DNA of 64,000 nt from Candidatus Fermentibacterota bacterium (lineage in GTDB: Bacteria > Fermentibacterota > Fermentibacteria > Fermentibacterales > JCC-6), in the NCBI GenBank assembly GCA_030609965.1, contig JAUWSQ010000001.1, forward strand, positions 105,787 through 169,786, given 5' to 3'. The translations under genes and the position numbers were made by a program. A model generated the notes under the pieces. It was not told the DNA's origin and ran no database searches. It saw only the letters and a program-made list of their open reading frames with translations. Shown here piece after piece: positions 20,172 to 30,495 of this stretch (position 1 is the first letter of the stretch; each line of letters opens with the position of its first letter).

Positions 20172-21286
20172 TTCATATCGCGATTGATAGAATTCAGGAC
20201 CTGCGCAGCATAATTGAGATCTTTCAGTGAGTGCCTGAGTGTAACTGAAAATCTTATCCGTGCAGTTCCTGCAGGTACGGTAGGTGGCCTGATGGCTACA
20301 GCCGAAATACCGTTCCTTTCGAAGTACTCCGAGAAAGCCTCAGCTTTGCGGTTCTCTCCCACTTGAACTGGCACTATCTGTGATTTCGATGGCGCAGTAG
20401 AAAAACCGGAGGATTCTATCATCACTCTGAAATCGGATGCCATATCTAACACTTTTCTTCCGGATTCAGGCTGTGATTCAATAATATCAAGGGCCGAAAG
20501 GGCAGCAGCGGGAGCTGCCGGAGGCAGCCCTGTGGAATAGATGAATGTCCTTGCTCTGTTTATCAGATACTTGATAAGCTCCGCACTGCCTGCAGCAAAC
20601 CCGCCGTAGCTTCCAAGAGCTTTGCTCAGTGTACCGATTACGGTATGGGGTTTTATCCCGTACTCCCTGCAAACTCCTCCACCGTTCCCAAAAACCCCAA
20701 TCGCATGGGCTTCATCAACTATGAGATTGCAGTCGTACCGTGCGGATAGTTCCTCCAGTTTCCGGAGCGGAGCAATATCACCGTCCATGCTGAAGAGGGA
20801 ATCGGTTACAATAAATCGGTTTCCTCTGCAGGTTCTGTTTGCCAGGAAGTACTCCAGGTGATCCGTATCGCAATGTTGGTACCGAAATACCCCCGCTCTG
20901 CTCAGCAGTGCTCCATCCACAAGACTGGCATGATTCAATCTGTCCGCAAACAAAAGATCATCCCTGGACGTAATTGAACTTAAAAGCCCTGTATTCGCCA
21001 GATATCCGCATCCGAAAAGCAGAGCTGATTTCATGCCGGTTAACCGGGCAAGACGCTTTTCCAGCTCTTCATGCATGCGGATATTACCCGACATCAGTCT
21101 GGATGCAGCAACACCAGAGCCGTACTGCTCTATCGCCCTTATGGATGCTTCTTTCAGCAGGGGATGATCTGCCAGGCCCAGATAGTCGTTCGAAGAGAAT
21201 TCCAGCACATACGGTTTTCTTACATGAAGCTTCCTTGTAAGGCCATCCCTGTCGATTCTGGCCAGATCCCCTCCGTAGGTTCTCAT
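20168..21286 (-). CDS. bioF: 8-amino-7-oxononanoate synthase
   Basis: FSSNDYLGL, DRLNHASLVDG, VDEAHAIG, GTLSKALG. Confidence 0.95.
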   Translation of the reverse strand: MRTYGGDLARIDRDGLTRKLHVRKPYVLEFSSNDYLGLADHPLLKEASIRAIEQYGSGVAASRLMSGNIRMHEELEKRLARLTGMKSALLFGCGYLANTGLLSSITSRDDLLFADRLNHASLVDGALLSRAGVFRYQHCDTDHLEYFLANRTCRGNRFIVTDSLFSMDGDIAPLRKLEELSARYDCNLIVDEAHAIGVFGNGGGVCREYGIKPHTVIGTLSKALGSYGGFAAGSAELIKYLINRARTFIYSTGLPPAAPAAALSALDIIESQPESGRKVLDMASDFRVMIESSGFSTAPSKSQIVPVQVGENRKAEAFSEYFERNGISAVAIRPPTVPAGTARIRFSVTLRHSLKDLNYAAQVLNSINRDMK

Positions 21287-22311
21287 AATGCCGGAACTCT
21301 TCCCGCAGCTTTCAGCAATTCACGATCATCCTGAAACCGTGATCCGGAGGTTGTAAGAAGATCACCGCTCATTATCCCTGTAACCCCCGCTCTGAACATC
21401 TTCTTCTCATACTCACCCAGAATTCCTCTGCCTGCACAGAGGCGCAATTCGGAATCAGGACAGACCATTCCAAACATGATAACCGTTTTAAGCATATCCA
21501 CCGCTGAAATGTGTTCCTTCCCGGGGCGGATTCCTGTGCCCTCCAGAGGGATGAGAAAATTCAGCGCAATCGAATCAACCTGCAATTCCCTGAGCTGGAA
21601 AGCCATATTCACCCTCTGATGGAGGCTCTCACCAAGTCCTATGATCCCACCGGAACAGACTTCCAGTCCGGCAGCTTTTGCATGGCGGACAGTATCGGCC
21701 CGATCCTCCCAGGTATGCGTTGTACATATCTGCGGAAAGTACGTTCTTTCGGTCTCCAGGTTATGGTGATACCGCCGAAGGCCCGCATTCTTCAGAAGCT
21801 CCAGCTGCTGCAGAGATAGAATCCCCAGGGAAGCACACCAGAAAGGTTTTTCATCTTTCCCCCTCGATATTGTATCACAGATAAAAACCAGTTCTTCTTT
21901 AGTGGGAGAACCACCGCTGGTCACAATAGAAAAATACCCGGCGCCTTGTTCACCGGCTTTCTTCCGTGCAGAAAGTATCCGGCAATCACCCATCATCGGG
22001 TATGATTTGAGAGGGACTGAACTAACGTATGACTGAGCGCAGAAGGAACAATCTTCGGTGCAGCCTCCCGATTTCGCATTTATTATACTGCAGATTGAGA
22101 TATTCCCGGAGAATCCTCCGGCAGCTCTCATTCCGCAGCTGAGTGAAAGTAATGATTCAATCCTGCCCTCAGGGGTTAACAGGATCTCCAGTGCTCCGGA
22201 TGGGCTGAGGGTCTGCATATTACGGCTATTCAGTTCAACTGCCTTGCGAAGCTCCATGCAGAGTAGCGGTCCCTGCGTAAACGAAACGTACTGAACCATC
22301 GGGAAGTTCAA
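21283..22311 (-). CDS. bioB: Biotin synthase (true start probably 22257 or 22218)
   Basis: NAKSGGCTEDCSFCAQS, YHHNLET, VCSGGIIGLGE. Confidence 0.93.
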   Translation of the reverse strand: MNFPMVQYVSFTQGPLLCMELRKAVELNSRNMQTLSPSGALEILLTPEGRIESLLSLSCGMRAAGGFSGNISICSIINAKSGGCTEDCSFCAQSYVSSVPLKSYPMMGDCRILSARKKAGEQGAGYFSIVTSGGSPTKEELVFICDTISRGKDEKPFWCASLGILSLQQLELLKNAGLRRYHHNLETERTYFPQICTTHTWEDRADTVRHAKAAGLEVCSGGIIGLGESLHQRVNMAFQLRELQVDSIALNFLIPLEGTGIRPGKEHISAVDMLKTVIMFGMVCPDSELRLCAGRGILGEYEKKMFRAGVTGIMSGDLLTTSGSRFQDDRELLKAAGRVPAL

Positions 22312-23227
22312 GCTTCAGAGCTCCATTAAGATCAATCCCAAGAGCTTTTCCTCTGACAGTTCTGTTTGCTGTTCTTACCTCAATCTGTTTATCCTTCAGC
22401 AGAGAAAAGCTGTTCCACTCATCGATGATGAATTCCAGATTTCCCTCGATCAACCACCTTTTGTATACTCTTTCGAATTCCTCAAGTAGAAATACCGCCA
22501 GCCTGACCCTTGAATACTCATTTCCAGTCTCCACAAGCAGAGAGGTGGCTTTATCCTTGATGGAATCGTCGGGGAGCTTCATGTTAATGTTAATGCCTGT
22601 ACCGACAACAACGTGATTCACCCTGTCTATCTCAGCCTTCATTTCACACAGAGTACCGCTGACCTTTCTGCCTCGGCAGTAGATATCGTTAGGCCACTTT
22701 ATCCTGAAGGGCAGATCGGAAACAGTACGCTCGAGAGCCTTGATGGAGGCCATGACTGACAAAACAGGTATCTGCGATGCGCCTGCTGGTGAAACCTCAG
22801 GTCTGAGAATAATGGAAAGATAGAGATTAGTTCCCGGGGGCGAAATCCATTCCCTTCCCAGTCTGCCCCTACCATCCGTCTGCTGATCTGCTGTAACCAC
22901 CGTACCATGTACAGCTCCCCTGGCAGCAAGTGTCATTGCAAGATTGTTGGTTGAATCCACAGAATCCATATAGACAATCTCGCTGCCGAAGCATTCAGTT
23001 TCAAGATAACGGTGGATTTCATCACTTATAGGAAGGTCAATACCCTCCGAGAGCCGGTATCCACGATTCGAGACAGCATCGATAATGTAGCCCTTATCAC
23101 GCAGTTTTCCGATGCTTTTCCATACCGCTGAACGGGAGACACCCAGTTCCGCAGATATATCCTCACCTGATATATAATCCCGATTATTCCGAAGCATTTT
23201 CAGAATTCTGGCACTCATACCGCTCAC
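22235..23227 (-). CDS. birA: Bifunctional biotin-protein ligase/repressor
   Basis: N-terminal HTH (YISGEDISAELGVSRSAVWK); QTDGRGRLGR, KWPND, KVSGTL. Confidence 0.95.
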   Translation of the reverse strand: MSGMSARILKMLRNNRDYISGEDISAELGVSRSAVWKSIGKLRDKGYIIDAVSNRGYRLSEGIDLPISDEIHRYLETECFGSEIVYMDSVDSTNNLAMTLAARGAVHGTVVTADQQTDGRGRLGREWISPPGTNLYLSIILRPEVSPAGASQIPVLSVMASIKALERTVSDLPFRIKWPNDIYCRGRKVSGTLCEMKAEIDRVNHVVVGTGININMKLPDDSIKDKATSLLVETGNEYSRVRLAVFLLEEFERVYKRWLIEGNLEFIIDEWNSFSLLKDKQIEVRTANRTVRGKALGIDLNGALKLELPDGSVRFVYAGTATLHGASQGS

Positions 23228-23295
23228 GGAATACTCTCCCTATCTAAATGATATCATGATGTTTAAGCCAGTATATAATATTCAATTCAGATGTG

Positions 23296-23349
23296 AGTAT
23301 GTTCGAAAAGACAACTATTGTCAACCACATTTACTACATAGGTTGACGA
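23296..23349 (-). promoter_or_regulatory. bio operon promoter and BirA operator
   Basis: TTGTCAACC-N14-GGTTGACGA (23318-49) matches the BirA box. Minus-strand TTGACA (23324-19), N17, CATACT (23301-296). Confidence 0.85.
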
Positions 23350-23795
23350 TTTGCCCATCCATCCCCAGGATCAGATTTCGAATCCATTCTTGTATAAGGT
23401 TTTATATCTATCAGGGGTGTTTCATCAAGGACGCTCAATCCGGATGTATATACCTTTCTTCCCTCAATTCCGAGAAGCCTCGCGACATCAAGCCCGATCG
23501 GGTTGGGTCGGTTGGGAGACCTGCTGGCAAAGAGACCGACAATTCCGCCTTTGAGGGAAGGCGGGTGAGCAACGCCTGAACCGTTATACCCCCGTGCCCT
23601 GTCCATATGGAAAAGAACAATTATGTACCTGAAACACTCAAGATCTTCAAGTGCTGTTTCATATTCCGGCAGAAGTTCCAGAACGAAGGGTCCCTCCGCA
23701 TCGCACTCTTCTGCCTGAAAAGGAGCCATATCAGAATATGGAGTGCGTATTACTCCTATAGGCCTGTATACTATTATATTCATAGATAAATCCAT
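23334..23795 (-). CDS. trmO: TrmO/TsaA (YaeB) tRNA m6t6A37 methyltransferase-like
   Basis: PIGVIRTPY, GLFASRSPNRPNPIGL, LDETPLIDIKPY. Confidence 0.85.
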   Translation of the reverse strand: MDLSMNIIVYRPIGVIRTPYSDMAPFQAEECDAEGPFVLELLPEYETALEDLECFRYIIVLFHMDRARGYNGSGVAHPPSLKGGIVGLFASRSPNRPNPIGLDVARLLGIEGRKVYTSGLSVLDETPLIDIKPYTRMDSKSDPGDGWANRQPM

Positions 23796-23969
23796 CCCGC
23801 TCTATGGCAATTCTGTGCTCTTCACGCTGTACATCCGGATGATAGAATACGATACAAACATCATTCACGCTATGGACCGGTGATTAGCACTGAAATCGGG
23901 GCTTGCCTTTGTATATGTGTAGATAGTATATGATAGTCTGATTAATTTTATTCTATATAGCAGGGATAT

Positions 23970-26414
23970 TTGAGCATGGTACATTCTAAAAAAACAAAGG
24001 ATGAACTTCTAGAGGAACTGTCAGATCTTAAAAAGCAGTTAGCAATTACTAAAGACCAGTGTGGCATCTATCCCATTGATGGATTGAATGCTGAGGAGTG
24101 CATCGATTTTTTCAAGAGCATGGTCGCCGCAATCACAGAGCCGATCCTCGTATTGAATTCCGATCTGAAATGCGTATTTGCTAACAAAAGCTTCTCCGAG
24201 ATGTTCGGAATCGAACCCTCCGGCATCAAGGATGTTTCCGTTTACGATATCGGCAATAAACTTCTTGACCTTAAAGGACTCAGGAACCTTCTTGAAGAGC
24301 TGCTTTCAATTCACAGAGATTTCGACGGGTACGAGGTCAATCTTAGACTGATCAACATAGGTGAACGTACGATGTCTCTTAACGCAACCGATATTCATCA
24401 GGAAAGCAATGCAGAGCGACTCATGCTTCTGAGCTTTTTTGATATTACGGAACAGAAAAAGGCTGAAAAAAAGCAGAAATTAAATGAACAAATGTACAGA
24501 TCCCTATATGAAACATCCCGTGATGCCATCATGACCCTTGAACCTCCTGACTGGTCCTTCACCGCCGGAAACCCCGCCACTATAAAAATGTTCGGATGCG
24601 AAAATGAAGCCGATTTCACCTCAAAGCAGCCGTGGCTTCTTTCTCCTGAGTACCAGCCTGACGGGCAGGTATCCGGCCTTAAAGCAAAAGATATGATCAA
24701 GAGAGCTGTTGAGAACGGATCAAACTATTTCGAATGGATTCACAAACGACTCAATGGGGAAGAATTCCCAGCAACCGTTCTTCTCAGCAGGGTAGAACTC
24801 AAGGGAAAAACGCTTCTTCAGGCAACGGTCCGGGATATCACCGGGCGTAAACAGGTTGAAGACGAACTCGCAATACACCGATTCCACCTTGAAGAAATAG
24901 TCAGAGAACGGACAGCCGAGCTTGAAGAAAGCGAAGGAAAGTACCGCACTCTAGTGGAGCAGAGTCATGATGGTATTTACATCTATGGAAACAACTGTTT
25001 TCTATTTGTCAATGATAGATTATGTGACCTGATGCTGTTCGGCAGAGATGAACTGCTGAAAATGAAATTCTCAGAACTCCTGCATCCCGATGACAGTGGT
25101 ATGGTCAACGAGAATGGGATCATAAAAGAAGGCTTCTCAGATGTTCCAAATGTATTTACCGTCAGGCTGATACGGGGGGATGGTGAGCTAAGGCATATCG
25201 AGTGTTCCGTTCGTAATTTCATCTACAACGGCGAAGATGCAATACTTGGAATTGCAAGGGATATCACAATCCTGAAAAAGCTGGAAGAAGAACAGAATAA
25301 GATCGAGAAACTTGAATCTCTGGGCATTCTTGCCGGAGGTATCGCCCACGATTTCAACAATTTCCTGACAGCTATAATGGGAAACATCTCGCTCGCAAGA
25401 ATGATGGTTGAACCGGGCAGTGATCTGTACGAAATCCTGACAAGCTCCGAACACGCAGCCAGCAAAGCATCCAATCTCCCCAGACAGCTCCTTACATTTT
25501 CCATGGGAGGAGACCCGGTAAAATCAAGTGTATCGATTCGCAGAATCCTCAGAGACTCAGCCGATTTCGCACTGAGCGGCTCCAATGTAACAGCTGTGTA
25601 TTCAATTGCAGATGACCTTCAACAGGTTGTGGTTGACCGAGAACAGATCGGGCAGGTCATCAGTAATATTGTTATCAATGCGCAACAGGCTATGCCGGAT
25701 GGAGGCAGTGTCAGCATCAGCGCAGAGAACACCCTGATAGCCGAGAACAATCCTTTAGCAATTCCCGAAGGCCAGTACGTTAAAATCGCGATAAAGGATG
25801 AAGGCTGCGGTATTGAAGAGAATCACCTCAACAGAGTATTCGATCCATTTTTCACAACAAAGCAGAACGGAACAGGTCTCGGTCTTGCGACTTCATTTTC
25901 GATCATCAGAAAACACAGTGGTCATCTAAAGGTCAATACGAAAGCAGGCGAAGGCAGTACATTTACTATCTACCTTCCTGCTGACCTTTCTTCTGATACC
26001 TCCGGTACTCATGAAACCGGACCGGAAAAGCTCTCAGGAGGAAATATCCTTGTAATGGATGATCAGGAAATGGTAAGAGATACCATTATAACGATGCTCA
26101 ACAGGCTTGGTTACAAAGTCGGCAGCGCGGCGGACGGAAGTGAAGCCATCTCTAAGTATTCAGCCGCCATGAACACTTCAGAACCTTATACCGCGGTAAT
26201 TCTGGATCTTACAATTCCTAACGGCATGGGAGGAATGGAAACCATGAAAGAATTGCGGAAAATAGATCCGGATGTAACAGCAATTGTATCCAGCGGGTAT
26301 TCTAACGCACCGGTTATGGCTGATTACTCCCTGTACGGCTTCGCAGGAGTAATGATGAAACCATATTCAATCACTCAACTGTCAGATCTACTGCGGGAAA
26401 TCTTTGATGAATAA
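23970..26414 (+). CDS. Cytoplasmic hybrid histidine kinase (3 PAS-HisKA-HATPase-REC)
   Basis: LAGGIAHDFNN, FFTTKQNGTGLGL, VMDDQE...ILDLTIP. Confidence 0.92.
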   Translation: MSMVHSKKTKDELLEELSDLKKQLAITKDQCGIYPIDGLNAEECIDFFKSMVAAITEPILVLNSDLKCVFANKSFSEMFGIEPSGIKDVSVYDIGNKLLDLKGLRNLLEELLSIHRDFDGYEVNLRLINIGERTMSLNATDIHQESNAERLMLLSFFDITEQKKAEKKQKLNEQMYRSLYETSRDAIMTLEPPDWSFTAGNPATIKMFGCENEADFTSKQPWLLSPEYQPDGQVSGLKAKDMIKRAVENGSNYFEWIHKRLNGEEFPATVLLSRVELKGKTLLQATVRDITGRKQVEDELAIHRFHLEEIVRERTAELEESEGKYRTLVEQSHDGIYIYGNNCFLFVNDRLCDLMLFGRDELLKMKFSELLHPDDSGMVNENGIIKEGFSDVPNVFTVRLIRGDGELRHIECSVRNFIYNGEDAILGIARDITILKKLEEEQNKIEKLESLGILAGGIAHDFNNFLTAIMGNISLARMMVEPGSDLYEILTSSEHAASKASNLPRQLLTFSMGGDPVKSSVSIRRILRDSADFALSGSNVTAVYSIADDLQQVVVDREQIGQVISNIVINAQQAMPDGGSVSISAENTLIAENNPLAIPEGQYVKIAIKDEGCGIEENHLNRVFDPFFTTKQNGTGLGLATSFSIIRKHSGHLKVNTKAGEGSTFTIYLPADLSSDTSGTHETGPEKLSGGNILVMDDQEMVRDTIITMLNRLGYKVGSAADGSEAISKYSAAMNTSEPYTAVILDLTIPNGMGGMETMKELRKIDPDVTAIVSSGYSNAPVMADYSLYGFAGVMMKPYSITQLSDLLREIFDE

Positions 26415-26541
26415 ACGCTTCACTTTCTAAATAATGAACATCAACATCCGGGAGATGGTTTGAAACTGCATCGAAATCCTCGATAGTTCCCGGTTTCAAG
26501 TTATACTGCTCCTGAGTCCTGAGTGAAGGGAGCGACCCAAC

Positions 26542-27423
26542 ATGGGAGCCGGTGAACTTGCAGCTCTTGCAACCGCCGTGTGCTGGACGGTTACAGTAAT
26601 GTCTTTCGAGACCTCGGCAAAGCGAGTAGGCTCTCTTCCTGTCAACATACTCCGTCTCTTCGCCGGACTGATTCTGCTGTCGGTATACTCCCTGATCACC
26701 AGGGGAAAGATCTTCCCTACCGATGCAGGCGGTTTCGAATGGCTCTGGCTCGGTATTTCCGGTATTGTGGGTTTCGTTATTGGAGATCTCTGCCTTTTCA
26801 GAGCCTTCATCCTTATCGGCAGCAGGATCTCAATGGTAATTTTTTCGCTTGTTCCCCCTATTACCGCAATAACAGGCCTGATGGTACTTAATGAAACCCT
26901 ATCTCTGAAACACTGGATGGGTATTATGGTGACGGTGACTGGAATCTGTATGGTCATCCTTATCAAGGGTACCGGAAAGATGAAGCTGGCGCATTCCGTT
27001 CCGGGTATTCTCCTGGCACTCGTCGGCACAGTTGCTCAAGCTTTCGGGCTCGTGCTGAGCAAATACGGTATGGGAGATTACAACGCTTTCGCGGCAACCC
27101 AGATCAGAATCATCGCAGCATTGGCAGTTTTCATAGTAATAATACCTCTCACGGGTCTCACCTGCAGAGTAAAACTGGCTCTTCGGGACAGAGGAGCAAT
27201 GAAATTCCTTGCACTTGGTTCCTTTTTCGGTCCATTTCTGGGAGTATCCCTGTCACTTGTTGCAGTTAAACTTATAGAAGTGGGTATCGCATCAACGATA
27301 ATGGCTATGGTCCCGGTTTTCATTATTCTGCCCGAAGTCCTTCTTATGGGCAAAAAAGTAAGACCCCTTGAAATTGCCGGGGCTCTTGTAGCGGTTGCGG
27401 GGGTTGCCCTGGTCAGTCTTTGA
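26542..27423 (+). CDS. DMT/EamA family transporter
   Basis: About 10 TM segments in two EamA repeats. Confidence 0.88.
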   Translation: MGAGELAALATAVCWTVTVMSFETSAKRVGSLPVNILRLFAGLILLSVYSLITRGKIFPTDAGGFEWLWLGISGIVGFVIGDLCLFRAFILIGSRISMVIFSLVPPITAITGLMVLNETLSLKHWMGIMVTVTGICMVILIKGTGKMKLAHSVPGILLALVGTVAQAFGLVLSKYGMGDYNAFAATQIRIIAALAVFIVIIPLTGLTCRVKLALRDRGAMKFLALGSFFGPFLGVSLSLVAVKLIEVGIASTIMAMVPVFIILPEVLLMGKKVRPLEIAGALVAVAGVALVSL

Positions 27424-27507
27424 AGAATCCATTAATTATTGTTTGCAGCGAAAGACCGACAGATTCATCCAGATGTAGCATTCAAGCCGGAAAGCAGGTT
27501 GATGTAA

Positions 27508-27798
27508 ATGAGGTTTTTAACAGTATTGATTCTTCTTTCATTTACCTCCGTTTACGGAGAAACGGGTATTCCCGAAAATGTATCGGATTCACTCTACACG
27601 ATAATTGTTAATAGCGGGTCAGATGCTCTGATAGAATATATCGAAGGATTCGACCCACCGCAGAGGCTTCAGCTTTACCAGCTTGCTCGTGAGGTTATGG
27701 TTTTCAGCATGTGGGAAGGGCAGAACCTGGATGACATTGTAGCGGTTTCCGAAGCGGGTATCCAGGAAGCGATGGGGCAGGGAAAAGCTTCTGGCTGA
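27508..27798 (+). CDS. Small secreted hypothetical protein (possibly truncated)
   Basis: Signal peptide MRFLTVLILLSFTSVYG; stops 4 nt before the terminator hairpin. Confidence 0.55.
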   Translation: MRFLTVLILLSFTSVYGETGIPENVSDSLYTIIVNSGSDALIEYIEGFDPPQRLQLYQLAREVMVFSMWEGQNLDDIVAVSEAGIQEAMGQGKASG

Positions 27799-27802
27799 CT
27801 GA

Positions 27803-27831
27803 AAAAGGGGAGGCAGACAGCCTCCCCTTTT
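27803..27831. terminator. Bidirectional terminator
   Basis: AAAAGGGGAGGC-AGACA-GCCTCCCCTTTT between convergent genes. Confidence 0.85.
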
Positions 27832-27853
27832 AGCACAATTCAGCTGCAAAAAC

Positions 27854-30259
27854 TTACCTTAGAACCATCATTGATTCAGCTGCGGTGTAATCAGGTGTGG
27901 AAAGCCTGACATGATAGATACCTGCTGGAACCGCACTGTTATTACCATCTGTCAGGTTCCAGACAAGGCTGTGTTCACCACCCTGCATTTCACTGTTCAG
28001 AAGGGTTACAATTTTACGGCCGCTTATATCGAATACTTCTATAGATACATTCGCTACGTTGCCAACACTGTAACTTATAACTGCGGATTCGATGGCAGGG
28101 TTTGGATACACACCGCTGAACCTGTCCGGAAACAGCGGCGACTCCGATTCTGCAACCTCGACACCTGTTACTTCAATTGTACCCTGGTAACTGTAGAAAT
28201 TTCTGCCCCACACGGTAATATTCATGGTTCCGACACTGGTGGGCTGCACATAAATATCAACCCCACCAGAAGCATTGGTTGTGGCAACCTCGTAAACTTC
28301 GCCGGTCTGCCAATCACCCTTCTGGATACAGACCCTGGCGTTCTCCACCGGTGCCCTTCCATCGGTTACCGTAACGCTGACGGTAGAGGCACCGTTTATG
28401 GATGAAGGGTGCGCAACGGACATATCTGCGGCAACCTCTGTCCACATGGGAAGTTCAGGATCTCCGAAAAGGTTGTATTCCTTCAGGCACCAGTCCATGT
28501 ATGTACTGCATGGAGGAACGTAGTAATCCATACTCGTGCCGTGAGCTATGCCGAGGTTGTAAATATCGTTCTGCCAGTGATCCTGATAGAATCTTATGCA
28601 GAGCATTTCGCTGGGGCCTGTGCAGGGACCTGCAAAATTGCCCCATCCGTAGCGGCTGTTAAAGCATCCGAATCCCCCTCCGTTGGGAGAAGCCAGCCAG
28701 GCATCGGCGCAGCATTCATTTCCGTCCAGATGCCCGATGAGGCAGGATATAGACTGCCAGAGTGCTGGCAGGCCGCCATCCTGGATGTTGGTCTGTGCCA
28801 TTATATGGGCAGTGGTGTAATCGCTGTAAGCCGAGGTCCACATCGAGGTCACGTTGCCATGGCTTGCATGGTATACATGATGAGGTCCTGCATCTATCAT
28901 GTCAATTGTGATCTGATAGCTGTTAGTGCCTGTAGATTCAAAACAGGGCTCAATTTCCCAATCGGTTGAGGGAATGAAAACCGAGATCGATTCGGCGCTT
29001 GCACTTCCTGGAATGTAAGGTGAACTCCAGAGGATTCCTGTTGTGTAGCCTACTCTCAGTTCCCTTGGCGCTGTTTCAAAGTAATCAACCGACTGTATGC
29101 CTTCGTATATGAAAACCTTGTCAACGAAGATATCGGCTTCAGATGGGGAGCTGACGCTCGCTCTTCCAACCCAGAGATCTGGATGGTAATCGACCAGGTC
29201 GTAACCCGGGGGTTGAGGATACTGGTAGGGATAAGGAACCTCTCCGTAGATACCGTTGAAATTGCGATCCCATAGATCCGCGCCAGGCGCTGTATCGTTG
29301 ATATCGACAAAATAGAGGTCTGCGGGTGCGATTTCAGTATAGCTTGAATTTCCAACCAGAAGCGCGTCTCTACATCCCACTTTATCATCGTCACCAAAAA
29401 TCAGAACGTAATCGGTACCTTCATCACGGCAGTCTGTCAGGAATGCTCGCATCTCCTGCTGAAGGTCAGTGCAGGAATACTGTGATTCCACCCAATCAGT
29501 AGTATATACGCATGCAGGTACACCTTTTGCGGTTTTCCAATCAGCAAGTTCCTGCGCCTGAGTTTCGTAATCGGGATGAGTGATTATCACATACTGCCCA
29601 TAGGCAAGATCTTTCTCAAGAACCATAGAGGCACCCGAGGAGGAGATGCCTTCAGGATTGACCACCAGTCTTTCGAGAATGCTCATGGCTTTCTCTTCGC
29701 TGGCAAGGGTTCGCCGGGTGATGAGCCTGACTGAGGGATCCTCCTCATATTCAATGCGGATTGTCATCTCGCAAAGCACCTGAAGTGTTCTGCCTGCAGG
29801 ATTCCACCTTACTGGAAATACATTCAGATACGCTACAGGAATGCCCCAGTAAACACTTGAACTGTGCAATGCAGCCATTGCTGCCGGGAAGTAGCTGCTC
29901 CTGCTGTAGATATCTTCATCCGGCAGCGCCTGACAGTAATCCATTTCCACTGAAAGCGGAACAGGCTCATTTGCCGGCATTACATCATAACCACCTCTTA
30001 AGGCTCTATAATCAGCGCTTACCACTTCTATGCGTGTTGCGATACATCCTGTGGGCATTGCGACTCTTACCGGCATTATCGGAAGACATGGGGCACCGCT
30101 GGTACTGATATATGGAAGACCCTCAGCGGTTACCGCTGTATATATCCCTTCTGCTGACAGAGATAATCCCGTCTGATCGAAGGGTACGGTTACTGTAAAC
30201 TCCCCCCCCGCTGCAAGTGCAGCGGCAGCGAAGAAGAGAATGCAAAATACTCTGTTCAT
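27854..30259 (-). CDS. Gingipain-like C25 cysteine peptidase with propeptide and FlgD/T9SS-like C-terminal domain
   Basis: YVIITHP, LWVGRAS, ASHG (His), SISCLIG (Cys), NLFGDPE, YPNP..IEVFDISGRKI..GIYHVRL; ATG 30259. Confidence 0.9.
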   Translation of the reverse strand: MNRVFCILFFAAAALAAGGEFTVTVPFDQTGLSLSAEGIYTAVTAEGLPYISTSGAPCLPIMPVRVAMPTGCIATRIEVVSADYRALRGGYDVMPANEPVPLSVEMDYCQALPDEDIYSRSSYFPAAMAALHSSSVYWGIPVAYLNVFPVRWNPAGRTLQVLCEMTIRIEYEEDPSVRLITRRTLASEEKAMSILERLVVNPEGISSSGASMVLEKDLAYGQYVIITHPDYETQAQELADWKTAKGVPACVYTTDWVESQYSCTDLQQEMRAFLTDCRDEGTDYVLIFGDDDKVGCRDALLVGNSSYTEIAPADLYFVDINDTAPGADLWDRNFNGIYGEVPYPYQYPQPPGYDLVDYHPDLWVGRASVSSPSEADIFVDKVFIYEGIQSVDYFETAPRELRVGYTTGILWSSPYIPGSASAESISVFIPSTDWEIEPCFESTGTNSYQITIDMIDAGPHHVYHASHGNVTSMWTSAYSDYTTAHIMAQTNIQDGGLPALWQSISCLIGHLDGNECCADAWLASPNGGGFGCFNSRYGWGNFAGPCTGPSEMLCIRFYQDHWQNDIYNLGIAHGTSMDYYVPPCSTYMDWCLKEYNLFGDPELPMWTEVAADMSVAHPSSINGASTVSVTVTDGRAPVENARVCIQKGDWQTGEVYEVATTNASGGVDIYVQPTSVGTMNITVWGRNFYSYQGTIEVTGVEVAESESPLFPDRFSGVYPNPAIESAVISYSVGNVANVSIEVFDISGRKIVTLLNSEMQGGEHSLVWNLTDGNNSAVPAGIYHVRLSTPDYTAAESMMVLR

Positions 30260-30495
30260 ACTGCTTTCCTTCCAGTTAAATTTCATTTGATGATGAGCAG
30301 GAGGCCAGAATTGCTGAAGATTACTCCAGTTAGATTATATTACTTAAAATACACTTGGGCAATAACATATTAATTAGGAATTAGAAGGATTTCCCGTGTA
30401 TTGATGATGTAATGACAGATCAAGTATTGCAATTAGCTGGAGAATGTGTGATAGTAACGTAAGGTAAAACTTCTTAATCAAGTGGGATACTGCTT

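Noticed and set aside
27796-27831. TGA plus hairpin as a SECIS
   Set aside because: The hairpin has A/T tracts on both sides typical of a bidirectional terminator, and read-through would run antisense into the C25 gene.
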